This document shows positions 19,772 through 28,809 of a DNA stretch of 64,000 nucleotides, piece by piece. A program made the translations under genes and the position numbers. The notes beneath the pieces are model-generated. The model ran no database searches. It worked only from the letters and a program-made list of their open reading frames with translations, and was not told the origin of the DNA. Source of the stretch: an uncultured Alphaproteobacteria bacterium (lineage in GTDB: Bacteria > Pseudomonadota > Alphaproteobacteria > Rhodobacterales > Rhodobacteraceae). The first letter of the stretch is position 1. Every line of letters begins with the position of its first letter. Where the stretch lies: NCBI GenBank assembly GCA_902556405.1, contig CACDWF010000004.1, positions 19,519-83,518 of the forward strand. The letters run 5' to 3'.

Positions 19772-20248
19772 CTAATCCGTCTTCTTTGGTTCAAATTTGC
19801 CCGGATGTAATTCTGACATAAAATCTTCAAAATCACCAAGCTCTTGAAAATTTTTATAGACGCTAGCAAATCTTACGTAGGCAACGGTGTCAATTCTAGA
19901 GAGAGTTTCCATTACTATTTTACCGATAATCTCAGACTTAATATCAGTATCACCAATACTTTCCAATCTTCTAACTATTCCCGTAATCATTTGCTCAATA
20001 CGTTCAGATTGGATCGGTCTTTTCTGAAGGGCTATTCTGATGGATCTTTCAAGTTTATCCCTATCAAATGTTTCTCGCTGATTTTTCTTTTTAAGTACAT
20101 AAAGGTCTCTCAATTGTACTCTCTCATATGTGGTGAAGCGACCAGCGCAACTAGAACAGTGCCTTCTTCTTCTTATAGATATGTGATCCTCCGAGGGTCT
20201 ACTATCCTTTACCTGTGTATCTAGATCTCCACAAAATGGACAGCGCAA
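19772..20248 (-). CDS. nrdR: Transcriptional repressor NrdR
   Basis: [18 protein letters not shown] zinc ribbon plus ATP-cone; 158 aa. Confidence 0.92.
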   Translation of the reverse strand: MRCPFCGDLDTQVKDSRPSEDHISIRRRRHCSSCAGRFTTYERVQLRDLYVLKKKNQRETFDRDKLERSIRIALQKRPIQSERIEQMITGIVRRLESIGDTDIKSEIIGKIVMETLSRIDTVAYVRFASVYKNFQELGDFEDFMSELHPGKFEPKKTD

Positions 20249-20331
20249 TTTATTCTCCTCTTTATCTACTTGAACTAAGTCTGACTATATCTTTTGTAAA
20301 TATAATTTCCAACAAGTTATCAGCATATTCC

Positions 20332-22311
20332 CTATTGGTCTAAAAAGGATCTTAATTTTCTACTTCTGCTTGGATGTTTCAGTTTTCTCAGCGCTTTAGC
20401 CTCAATTTGTCTTATTCTTTCCCTCGTCACGCTGAATTGCTGCCCTACCTCTTCGAGTGTATGATCTGTATTTACCCCAATGCCAAAGCGCATTCTTAAA
20501 ACGCGCTCCTCTCTTGGGGTCAAACTCGCTAATACACGTGTTGTAGTTTCTTTGAGATTACCTTGGATTGCGTTATCCAATGGCAACAGTGCATTTTTGT
20601 CCTCAATAAAGTCACCTAGTTGACTATCTTCCTCATCGCCAATTGGTGTTTCTAAGCTGATTGGTTCTTTTGCGATTTTCATAACTTTTCGTACCTTGTC
20701 TAAAGGCATCTGTAATTTTGAAGCCAGTTCTTCTGGGGTTGGCTCTCTGCCTATTTCATGGAGCATTTGCCTACCTGTTCTAACTAGCTTATTTATGGTC
20801 TCTATCATGTGGACAGGTATTCTGATTGTCCTAGCTTGATCCGCTATAGATCTGGTAATAGCTTGCCTAATCCACCAGGTTGCATATGTAGAGAATTTAT
20901 AACCCCTGCGATATTCGAATTTATCCACAGCTTTCATAAGTCCAATGTTGCCTTCTTGGATCAGATCGAGAAATTGTAATCCTCTGTTAGTATATTTCTT
21001 TGCAATTGATATAACTAATCTCAAATTTGCTTCAACCATCTCTTTTTTAGCACTTCTGGCCTCGTTTTCCCCCTTTTTTACCTTCTTGACTATATTCCTA
21101 AATTCGGAAATATCTACGTTAATAAGCTTACCGATCTTTGCCATCTCTTTTTTTAATTCTACTATTTCGGCACTATAATTTTTCGCTAATATATCCCAGC
21201 CCCTAGACTTAAGCTTAGCAACTCTATCTAGCCAAGTTTCATCCAGTTCAAAGCCTTTATATTCTTGAATGAACTCTTTTCTGTTAACTCTTGCTTTATC
21301 TGATATTTTTACAAATGCGCTATCTACGTTAGTTATGGCTCTATTAATTCCATATAATTGGTCGATAAGTGCTTCAATACGATTGTTATGGAAATTTAAA
21401 GAATTTAGGAGCATAGCAATAGAGGTTTTAAAATCTTGATATTTTATTTCTTCTTTATTGGAAAATTTTTTATTTTTGTCGAAAGTAGCTTTCATCCTTT
21501 TCTTTTCTAGGTCTTTTAGCTTGATGTATTTATTGTCTATCTGCTCTAGAATATTTAAGACGTGTGGTGTTAATGAATGTTCCATGGCAGCTAGAGATAC
21601 ATTTATTGCATCCTCTTCTTCCTCTTCTTCTATTATTCCGCCGTCTATATTACCCGACGCACTTCCATTTTCTTTATCGTTTTCCGACGGTTCTGCTTGA
21701 TTGCGTTGTTCGTTATTATCGCGCGTTTTAAGCTCTGCATCCAACACATCTGAATCTCCGATTTCTGTGAAAGTAGTTTCTAGGTCTATAACATCTCTCA
21801 GCATAATTTCTTCATTTAGTAATTCGTTCCGCCATATACTTATAGCCTGAAAAGTGAGAGGGCTCTCACACAGGCCATTAATCATAAGTTTTCTCCCTGC
21901 TTCAATCCTTTTTGCAATAGCAATTTCGCCTTCTCGAGAGAGCAGTTCAACTGAGCCCATCTCTCTCAAATACATTCTGACAGGATCATCTGTTTTATCT
22001 AAAGTTTCTGACTCTGTATTATTTGCAACTAACTCCTTCGAACTAGATTGTTCTTGAGTTTCATCTGAGTATTCAGGTTCCTCGTTTTCAGTTATATTTA
22101 TTCCCATACCAGAAAGATCTGTCATGAGGTCTTCAATCTGCTCTGAAGTTAGCTTCTCACTAATGACTAACTCTTCAAGCTGATTCTGAGTTATGTAGCC
22201 TTTCTGTTTTGCCTCAGAGATTATTTTCTTCAAATTTTTCTTGGAAGGCCCATCAGCTAAGACTTTCTCATTTTCCTGATCTTCATTATTTTGTGTTTCT
22301 TGTTTATTCAT
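20332..22311 (-). CDS. rpoD: RNA polymerase primary sigma factor (sigma-70)
   Basis: Region 2 [31 protein letters not shown], region 4 [17 protein letters not shown], and an acidic non-conserved insert. Confidence 0.95.
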   Translation of the reverse strand: MNKQETQNNEDQENEKVLADGPSKKNLKKIISEAKQKGYITQNQLEELVISEKLTSEQIEDLMTDLSGMGINITENEEPEYSDETQEQSSSKELVANNTESETLDKTDDPVRMYLREMGSVELLSREGEIAIAKRIEAGRKLMINGLCESPLTFQAISIWRNELLNEEIMLRDVIDLETTFTEIGDSDVLDAELKTRDNNEQRNQAEPSENDKENGSASGNIDGGIIEEEEEEDAINVSLAAMEHSLTPHVLNILEQIDNKYIKLKDLEKKRMKATFDKNKKFSNKEEIKYQDFKTSIAMLLNSLNFHNNRIEALIDQLYGINRAITNVDSAFVKISDKARVNRKEFIQEYKGFELDETWLDRVAKLKSRGWDILAKNYSAEIVELKKEMAKIGKLINVDISEFRNIVKKVKKGENEARSAKKEMVEANLRLVISIAKKYTNRGLQFLDLIQEGNIGLMKAVDKFEYRRGYKFSTYATWWIRQAITRSIADQARTIRIPVHMIETINKLVRTGRQMLHEIGREPTPEELASKLQMPLDKVRKVMKIAKEPISLETPIGDEEDSQLGDFIEDKNALLPLDNAIQGNLKETTTRVLASLTPREERVLRMRFGIGVNTDHTLEEVGQQFSVTRERIRQIEAKALRKLKHPSRSRKLRSFLDQ

Positions 22312-22324
22312 TAATTTTTATCCA

Positions 22325-24226
22325 TCATTTTTCTCGGAAAGTCTTGAAGTCATTTTTTTTAAAAATATCAAGGCTTTCTTTGTCAAACTCACGTTCTTTC
22401 ATAATCGAATCTTCAACAAATTGAGATCCACTTATTGCTCTATGGTACTCGCTCTGAATCGCTTCAAACGATTCGCGCTGATGAAGCGAATCAGACTCTT
22501 GAGTTTTTATCTTAATTTTAAGATCTTTCAAGCTTTCAAGACGATTTTTTGCTAAATTTAATGTAGTTATTCTGTTAAGCAGTAGGTTTTTAGACATCTC
22601 TTTCTTGTTTTGGTCATTGTAAACAAGGTGATTTTTTAATGGAGGATTTTTTTGTGTAGCTAGAGCAGAGATGGAATAAAAAATATGCATCAAACTGGAG
22701 AGAGGTTCGTGCTGGATTTTCCAGAAAGACTTTTCAAAAAATTTGTCATAAAAGTCTATGTCAGTAAGCTCAGTTTTAAGTTCGTTAATAAATGATGGGT
22801 TTTTTATCAAGCAAAACATTACTTCTGCTTCTAACTTCTCTATTTCTTTTTCAGAAGCCTGGATTCGCGAAATATTTTTCCTTTCCTTTTTAACTTCGTT
22901 TTCGGCTACTCCAGGCTCTCGCGCTCGCCCTATAGTTGGTTTATTTTGAAACTGCATTTTTCTCATTTTCTCATTCATTTCTGTTAAGAACATTTTTCTT
23001 AAATTTATGTCTTTTATCTTTTGCAACTTATTCGTAAGCTCGACGTGCAGTTTTCTTAAACGCTCAGGGCTATCTAAATTTCTTTTTGATTTCTCGATGT
23101 TAAAAATGAATTCGGAAAGAGTTAAAGAATTTTCTATTACATTTGTTAGTGCATCAATACCAAACTGTTTTATAAGATCGTCTGGATCATAGTTTAATGG
23201 CAAATTTGCTATCCTTAAAGTTTGATTATAGGAAATTAATGGAAGAGCCAACTCAACTGCTCGCGAAGCTGCATGTTTCCCAGCATTATCTCCATCAAGC
23301 AGTAAAACCGGTTCTTCGCAAACGCTCCATATCAACTCTAATTGCTCCTTTGTTATAGCGGTTCCTAGTGGAGCGATGACATTATTTATTGAGTTATTAT
23401 GTAAAGAAATAACATCCATGTAACCTTCAACTATAAGAATAGGATTGTTTTTTATGTTTTTCTTTGCGTTTTTAAGATTATACAATAGAGATCCTTTTTT
23501 AAATATTTTTGTCTCTGCAGAGTTAATATATTTCGCGCCAATTGACGTATTAAGAGATCTACCTCCAAAAGCGACAACCTTGCCGCTCAAGCTCGAAATA
23601 GGAAACATGACTCTGTTTCTAAATCTATCAACTAAAGATTTATTTTCATTTTTAAATGCCAGCCCAGCTTTCTCTATATGCTGATCTTGATAGCCTTTTG
23701 ATTTTAAGAAAACTATAAGATCGTCCCTCTTTGAAGGAGAGAACCCAAGGTTAAATTCTTTGATTGTCTTTAATGATAAACCGCGATCCCTTAAGTAGCT
23801 TAAAGCGATTGCACCTTTTGTACTGAAAAGATGCTTTGCATAAAATTGACTCGCTGCTTCATTGATATTAAACAGTGTTTGGTCCTCATCAGACATAGCT
23901 TTGTTATTCGCACTATTATCAATTTCCAATGGAATTCCAGCTTTCTCACTGAGTGCCTTTACCGCATCAACAAATGAGAGACCTTCCATTTCTTTTAAGA
24001 AATTGAAAACGTTGCCTTTTGCTTGACACCCAAAACAATAATAAAATCCCTTCGCATCGTCCACATGGAATGAAGCGGTCTTTTCTTGATGGAATGGACA
24101 TGGCGCCCAAAAATCCTGTTTGGATAAATTAGTTTTTTTAGGGTCCCAATTCACATGCCTAGACACAATGTCTGAAATTTTTACACTCGTTTTTATTTTT
24201 TCCAAAAAGGCTGAAGAGAAAGACAT
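22325..24226 (-). CDS. dnaG: DNA primase
   Basis: Zinc-finger CPFHQEKTASFHV, TOPRIM EGYMDVIS and DGDNAG; located directly upstream of rpoD. Confidence 0.92.
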   Translation of the reverse strand: MSFSSAFLEKIKTSVKISDIVSRHVNWDPKKTNLSKQDFWAPCPFHQEKTASFHVDDAKGFYYCFGCQAKGNVFNFLKEMEGLSFVDAVKALSEKAGIPLEIDNSANNKAMSDEDQTLFNINEAASQFYAKHLFSTKGAIALSYLRDRGLSLKTIKEFNLGFSPSKRDDLIVFLKSKGYQDQHIEKAGLAFKNENKSLVDRFRNRVMFPISSLSGKVVAFGGRSLNTSIGAKYINSAETKIFKKGSLLYNLKNAKKNIKNNPILIVEGYMDVISLHNNSINNVIAPLGTAITKEQLELIWSVCEEPVLLLDGDNAGKHAASRAVELALPLISYNQTLRIANLPLNYDPDDLIKQFGIDALTNVIENSLTLSEFIFNIEKSKRNLDSPERLRKLHVELTNKLQKIKDINLRKMFLTEMNEKMRKMQFQNKPTIGRAREPGVAENEVKKERKNISRIQASEKEIEKLEAEVMFCLIKNPSFINELKTELTDIDFYDKFFEKSFWKIQHEPLSSLMHIFYSISALATQKNPPLKNHLVYNDQNKKEMSKNLLLNRITTLNLAKNRLESLKDLKIKIKTQESDSLHQRESFEAIQSEYHRAISGSQFVEDSIMKEREFDKESLDIFKKNDFKTFREK

Positions 24227-24251
24227 AGTATTTCAAGTTTTTGAATTATAA

Positions 24252-24602
24252 TCACTCATTATAAAGGCTTTTTTTTTGTTTGACATAGTACTGATTTATT
24301 AACAACCCATCTTTTGTGTCTATAACGAATACCTCAAGGTTGTTAGCGTCTACTTTTACCACAATAGTCAATAGGTTATCATTTACAGTGACGCTTTCAA
24401 TTTTTCCCGTTGAAATTAGTACATCTTGAACAGACGATTTAGTTACGGTTGGCGATGTGGTATTGAATTTGTATATTTTTACGCTTAGAATGGATACAAG
24501 AAACAGAAAACCCAACACCATTACTACAGACAGGACTATAACGAGCCACTTTAAAAAAATAAAGTGCACATCTTCCTTTGAATTGTTTTTAATTTCTGCC
24601 AT
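24252..24602 (-). CDS. Hypothetical membrane-anchored protein
   Basis: 116 aa with a single N-terminal TM helix (FLKWLVIVLSVVMVLGFLFLVSILSV) and a soluble beta-rich tail. 25 nt upstream of dnaG. No family recognised. Confidence 0.45.
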   Translation of the reverse strand: MAEIKNNSKEDVHFIFLKWLVIVLSVVMVLGFLFLVSILSVKIYKFNTTSPTVTKSSVQDVLISTGKIESVTVNDNLLTIVVKVDANNLEVFVIDTKDGLLINQYYVKQKKSLYNE

Positions 24603-24607
24603 TTATC

Positions 24608-25654
24608 ATGTTTGAAAAATATATAATTAGTTTAATTAACAAATCTGAGAAAAAGCTAGACAAGCTAATTTTAAAGAATTGTCCTCCTAATTTAAGTTTA
24701 TCAAGAACAAAAATTCAAGATTTAATTAGGCGGAAAATGGTTCTTGACTATCGAAAACATAATATGCTGACATTAAAAACAAAAACGGACGACTTAGAAC
24801 AAATCATTCTTTGTCTCGATAAACATCCAGAAGGAGATCTAATACCAGAAGATTTAAATGTCCCAATTATTTTTGAGGATAATTCTCTTGTAGTATTTAA
24901 TAAGCCCGCAAATATGGTGGTACACCCCGTAAAATCTTCCCAATGTGGTACGCTTGTCAATTTTTTGATCCACAAATATCAAGACACACTTCCGAAAATT
25001 TATGATAAGTTTAGGCCTGGAATAGTGCACAGGTTAGATAAAGATACATCAGGCCTTATTGTTGTTGCAAAAACAGAAGTTTGTGCGAACTCTTTGATTG
25101 CGCAATTTAAAAGTCGGCATGTCAAAAAGTTTTATTTAGCGTTATGTAAAGGAAATCCTCTTGAAAATCTAAGCAAGATTGTAAGCAAGCCAGGCGTAAA
25201 TATAGTTAAAGATAACTGTATAGAAGTCAAAACCTACATTAGAAGGAATAAAAATAACAGAGAAATAATGGAAACTAACACAGATAATGGAAAGATAGCT
25301 ATATCTCGCTTCAGTGTTCAAACTGTATATGAATTGGGAAAAAATAAAAAATTATCGTTGGTTGGATGTGAAATTGAAACGGGGAGAACTCATCAAATCC
25401 GGGTCCATGCTAAGCTCATAGGGTGTCCGATCTTTGGCGATACCCTTTATAAATTGGGAAGAAAAGAAGACTTTATTATGGAGAAAACTATTTTATCTTC
25501 GTTTAAACTCACGAGATTAAGGCAAATGCTTCATGCACATGAGTTGTCATTCGCTCACCCAAAAAGCGGACAAAGGATATTCTTAAGAGGTGAGTTGTCG
25601 CCTGATTTTTTAAATCTTTTGTCAAATTTAGAAAAATATAAGACCAGCAGATAA
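24608..25654 (+). CDS. rluD: RluA-family 23S rRNA pseudouridine synthase (RluD-like)
   Basis: N-terminal S4-like segment (LSRTKIQDLIRRKMV), catalytic HRLDKDTSG and GRTHQIRVH motifs. Confidence 0.85.
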   Translation: MFEKYIISLINKSEKKLDKLILKNCPPNLSLSRTKIQDLIRRKMVLDYRKHNMLTLKTKTDDLEQIILCLDKHPEGDLIPEDLNVPIIFEDNSLVVFNKPANMVVHPVKSSQCGTLVNFLIHKYQDTLPKIYDKFRPGIVHRLDKDTSGLIVVAKTEVCANSLIAQFKSRHVKKFYLALCKGNPLENLSKIVSKPGVNIVKDNCIEVKTYIRRNKNNREIMETNTDNGKIAISRFSVQTVYELGKNKKLSLVGCEIETGRTHQIRVHAKLIGCPIFGDTLYKLGRKEDFIMEKTILSSFKLTRLRQMLHAHELSFAHPKSGQRIFLRGELSPDFLNLLSNLEKYKTSR

Positions 25655-25688
25655 TATACATAACTTGGTATAAAAAATGCTTGATACA

Positions 25689-25717
25689 CTTGAAAAGTGA
25701 CTAAATCTGACATATAT
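25689..25717 (+). promoter_or_regulatory. Candidate sigma-32-type promoter upstream of rpoH (CTTGAAA-15 nt-CATATAT)
   Basis: CTTGAAA at 25689-25695 and CATATAT at 25711-25717, about 25 nt before the rpoH ATG. The -10 is only a partial match to CCCCATNT / CYTATNT. Confidence 0.3.
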
Positions 25718-25742
25718 ACATAACAAATGATAGGTAGGATTT

Positions 25743-26609
25743 ATGGATTATAAAAGCACATCACTAGTAGTCAGTGGCTCTGGATTATCGAGATATCTAG
25801 AGGACATAAAAAAGTTCCCAATGTTAAGCTTAGAAGAAGAGTATAGTCTGGCAAAAGCTTGGGTGAAAGAGGGATGTAGATCAGCAGCCCACAAGCTCGT
25901 GACTTCACACCTAAGATTAGCGGCCAAAATTGCTATGGGTTATAGAGGGTACGGATTGCCAATTTCTGAGGTGGTCAGTGAGGCTAATGTTGGTTTGATG
26001 CAAGCTGTTAAGAGGTTCGATCCAGAAAAAGGTTTTAGGTTAGCGACATATGCTATTTGGTGGATAAAGGCTAATATACAAGAGTATATTTTGAAAAGTT
26101 GGAGCCTAGTTAAAATGGGGACAACTAGTGCACAAAAAAAGCTATTTTTTAATTTAAAGAAATTGAAAAATAAAATCGGAGCGTTTGAAGACGGAGATCT
26201 GTTGCCTGAGAATGTAGAGGAGATAGCTAGACAGTTAAATGTTTCCGAGGGTGATGTAGTTGCCATGAATAGAAGAATGATTGGCGGCGATGTATCTTTG
26301 AATGCTACGATAAAGAGTGATGGTGAGACTGAAGAAGAGTGGCAGTCTTTACTTGCTGACCAAGGTGAAGACCATGTTGAAAAATTTCTACATAGCGATG
26401 AGATCAGTGACAGAAGGGCTATTTTATTAAAGTCGCTGAGTATTTTGAATAAAAGAGAAAAAAGCATTATTCTAGATAGAAGGCTAAAAGAACCCCCTCT
26501 TACGCTCGAGCAACTCAGCGAAAAACATGGGATAAGTAGAGAAAGAGTTCGTCAGATTGAGAACAAAGCAATTGAGAGGCTACAAAGAAAAATTGTTGAG
26601 TACTCTTAG
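25743..26609 (+). CDS. rpoH: RNA polymerase sigma-32 (heat-shock sigma factor)
   Basis: Sigma-70 family regions 2-4 plus an RpoH-box-like SAQKKLFFNLKKLK; 288 aa. Confidence 0.9.
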   Translation: MDYKSTSLVVSGSGLSRYLEDIKKFPMLSLEEEYSLAKAWVKEGCRSAAHKLVTSHLRLAAKIAMGYRGYGLPISEVVSEANVGLMQAVKRFDPEKGFRLATYAIWWIKANIQEYILKSWSLVKMGTTSAQKKLFFNLKKLKNKIGAFEDGDLLPENVEEIARQLNVSEGDVVAMNRRMIGGDVSLNATIKSDGETEEEWQSLLADQGEDHVEKFLHSDEISDRRAILLKSLSILNKREKSIILDRRLKEPPLTLEQLSEKHGISRERVRQIENKAIERLQRKIVEYS

Positions 26610-26610
26610 T

Positions 26611-27462
26611 TTAAGAATGGTTATCTCTGAAAGTGCTTTGTTTATAAACACCTATAATGTCTAGCTTATTAGTGAAGTACTTCAGTTCATCTAATGCCCT
26701 TTTCACAGAACTATCCTCAGGATGACCCTGGATATCTGCGAAGAATTGAGTTGCTTCAAATGAGCCGCCCAACATATAGCTCTCTAATTTTATCATATTG
26801 ACATTATTGGTAGCAAACCCTCCCATGGCTTTATATAAAGCTGCAGGAATATTTCTTACCTGGAAAAGTATAGATGTGATCACTTTTTTCTCTTGCTTTA
26901 TCAGAGTTTTAGGCTTTTTTTCCATAACTAAGAATCTAGTGGTGTTGTCTTTATAATCCTGAACATTAGCTTGCAGTACCTTTAAGCCGTAAATTTGAGC
27001 TGCTATTTTTGAGGCTAATGCGCCCTTAAACTTGTCATTTTCTTCTGATATTAATCTAGCTGACCCCGCAGTATCATAGCCAGAAATGGGCTTAATGTTA
27101 TTTATTTTAAGGAATTTTTTACACTGGCCCAAAAGAACAGGGTGACTTGTTGCTGTACTTACTGTTGTTAAGCTTGATGACTTAGTGCCTAACATACAAA
27201 TGTTTACCGACAAAAAGTATTCTGCTGTTATAAAAAGCTTTGAAGCTGGTAGAAGAGAGTGAATATCTGCTACCCTGCCATACGTTGAGTTGTCCACTGG
27301 TAAAATTGCTTTGTCAGCTTTACCCGTTCTTACAGTTTCAATGGCCTCTTCAAATGATTCACAAGGTAAGACTAAAGAGTCTTTAAATACTTTAGTTGAA
27401 GCTTGATGTGAATATGAACCGAGGGCTCCTTGGAATGATATTTTCAGGATTTTTTTTTTCAT
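26611..27462 (-). CDS. pheA: Prephenate dehydratase
   Basis: ISFQGALGSYSHQA start, TRFLVM motif and a C-terminal ACT domain. Confidence 0.85.
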   Translation of the reverse strand: MKKKILKISFQGALGSYSHQASTKVFKDSLVLPCESFEEAIETVRTGKADKAILPVDNSTYGRVADIHSLLPASKLFITAEYFLSVNICMLGTKSSSLTTVSTATSHPVLLGQCKKFLKINNIKPISGYDTAGSARLISEENDKFKGALASKIAAQIYGLKVLQANVQDYKDNTTRFLVMEKKPKTLIKQEKKVITSILFQVRNIPAALYKAMGGFATNNVNMIKLESYMLGGSFEATQFFADIQGHPEDSSVKRALDELKYFTNKLDIIGVYKQSTFRDNHS

Positions 27463-27571
27463 AATTTTATTCGATGCACATTTTGTCGCGCTCTTTTTTT
27501 AAATCAGTTGTAGAATGTTTTTCAATTTTTTATATAACATATAATATTATTTAAATTTAGGAATAAAAAAT

Positions 27572-28093
27572 ATGGATACCTTCGAGTGGACCAAGATTGG
27601 TGGAGCCCTTTGCGGAGCTCTTCTCTTTTTTTTAATGTTAAACTGGAGCACTGAAATAATCTACCATAGTGAAGATGATCAATATGGAGAAGAAAAATTG
27701 GCCTACTATCTTGAGATCGAAGTTAGTGATGATGAAAAAGAAGAAGGTACGGAGGAAGTTATTGATTTTGCTACATTACTTGCTAGCGCAGATATAGAAA
27801 AAGGTAAGAAGGTTTTTGGTAAATGTAAGTCGTGCCACAAACTAGATGATGGTGCTAACGGAGTTGGTCCTCATCTTTATAAGGTTATAAATCGAGATAT
27901 AGGTTCAATAGAAGGGTTTAAGTACTCAAAGGCACTTATGGGTATAGAAGGCGTCTGGAGTATAGAAGAGCTTAATAAATATCTCACAAAGCCATCCGAA
28001 TATGCTCCCGGAACCGCAATGAGTTTTGCTGGGCTTAAGAAAGACAAAGATCGAGCAGACTTAATTGAATACTTAAATACTTTGTCTGAGTAA
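27572..28093 (+). CDS. Membrane-anchored class I (mitochondrial-type) cytochrome c
   Basis: N-terminal TM helix, acidic linker, heme motif CKSCH, and a distal Met context (PGTAMSFAGLKK). Confidence 0.85.
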   Translation: MDTFEWTKIGGALCGALLFFLMLNWSTEIIYHSEDDQYGEEKLAYYLEIEVSDDEKEEGTEEVIDFATLLASADIEKGKKVFGKCKSCHKLDDGANGVGPHLYKVINRDIGSIEGFKYSKALMGIEGVWSIEELNKYLTKPSEYAPGTAMSFAGLKKDKDRADLIEYLNTLSE

Positions 28094-28110
28094 AAACGTA
28101 TATTAATTAT

Positions 28111-28139
28111 TTGCCTTTACAATTCAATTAAACCATAAT
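28111..28139 (+). promoter_or_regulatory. Candidate sigma-70 promoter for the ImuA-like gene (TTGCCT-17 nt-CATAAT)
   Basis: -35 TTGCCT (28111-28116), 17-nt spacer, -10 CATAAT (28134-28139). AT-rich DNA yields such matches easily. Confidence 0.35.
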
Positions 28140-28141
28140 AG

Positions 28142-28156
28142 GAACAAAAGAAGAAC
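28142..28156 (+). promoter_or_regulatory. Candidate alphaproteobacterial LexA operator (GAAC-N7-GAAC)
   Basis: GAACaaaagaaGAAC read directly, 3 nt after the putative -10 and 20 nt before the ATG at 28176. It matches the direct-repeat SOS box described for alphaproteobacteria. Confidence 0.6.
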
Positions 28157-28175
28157 AAAAATTTTAAGATTATAT

Positions 28176-28808
28176 ATGGGTCATATTAATTTTTCTGAAA
28201 CTGAATACCTAGAGTTTTTACCAGGATTATTTCTCAAAAGAGGAAATATTCATCAGATAGCAGGACCATCAAGGTTTATTTTTGCACTTATAATCGCAAG
28301 AAATATAAAAAATCATGTTACGTGGATAAGAAGAAAAAAGTGTGCTGTTTCGCTTTATCCTGACGGACTTACATCTTGGGTTGATATAAATAAATTCATT
28401 TTGGTAGACACAGTGACGAACCAAGAGTCTACGTGGATAATGGAAGAATTTTTAAAATCAGGTTTAAGTGAACTTTTAGTATGTGAGCTGCATGAAACAA
28501 TTCAATATTCAAGTTTACGAAGAATAATCCTGTCTTTCAGAAATGTAGAAGAAGAAAAAGATTCAAATCTTCCAACAATACTATTAGTTTCTTCCTTTCA
28601 AAATAAAATAACAGGTGTTGAGAGTAGGTGGTATATGAAGCCTAGCCTTCTGATTGACTCACTGGCAAAAAATGAACGTTCTTTCTTAGAAGAAAGGTGG
28701 GAGTTGGTATGTAGTAAATCAAGATTAAAACTGTCGTCATGGATAATCACGGCTAGACAACAAGGTCATGATAGAAGAACTATTAAAGTGTATAAGGCTA
28801 ATTCATAA
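28176..28808 (+). CDS. ImuA/SulA-like RecA-fold protein (putative SOS-induced)
   Basis: 210 aa. Pattern G.IHQIAG...FALIIAR...VTWI....LYPDGL......ILVD......TWIMEEFLKSG..ELLVCEL......SLRRIIL resembles remembered ImuA/SulA-like proteins (hEI.g, LYPpGL, LWA.EE.LRSG...vV.E, LRRLqL). No Walker A motif is visible. Confidence 0.5.
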   Translation: MGHINFSETEYLEFLPGLFLKRGNIHQIAGPSRFIFALIIARNIKNHVTWIRRKKCAVSLYPDGLTSWVDINKFILVDTVTNQESTWIMEEFLKSGLSELLVCELHETIQYSSLRRIILSFRNVEEEKDSNLPTILLVSSFQNKITGVESRWYMKPSLLIDSLAKNERSFLEERWELVCSKSRLKLSSWIITARQQGHDRRTIKVYKANS

Positions 28809-28809
28809 C

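Noticed and set aside
21611-21630. Purine/pyrimidine-biased repeat TCCTCTTCTTCCTCTTCTTC.
   Set aside because: It is the antisense of the GAA/GAG codon run encoding the poly-Glu (EEEEEE) acidic insert of RpoD. It is a coding low-complexity tract, not a repeat element.
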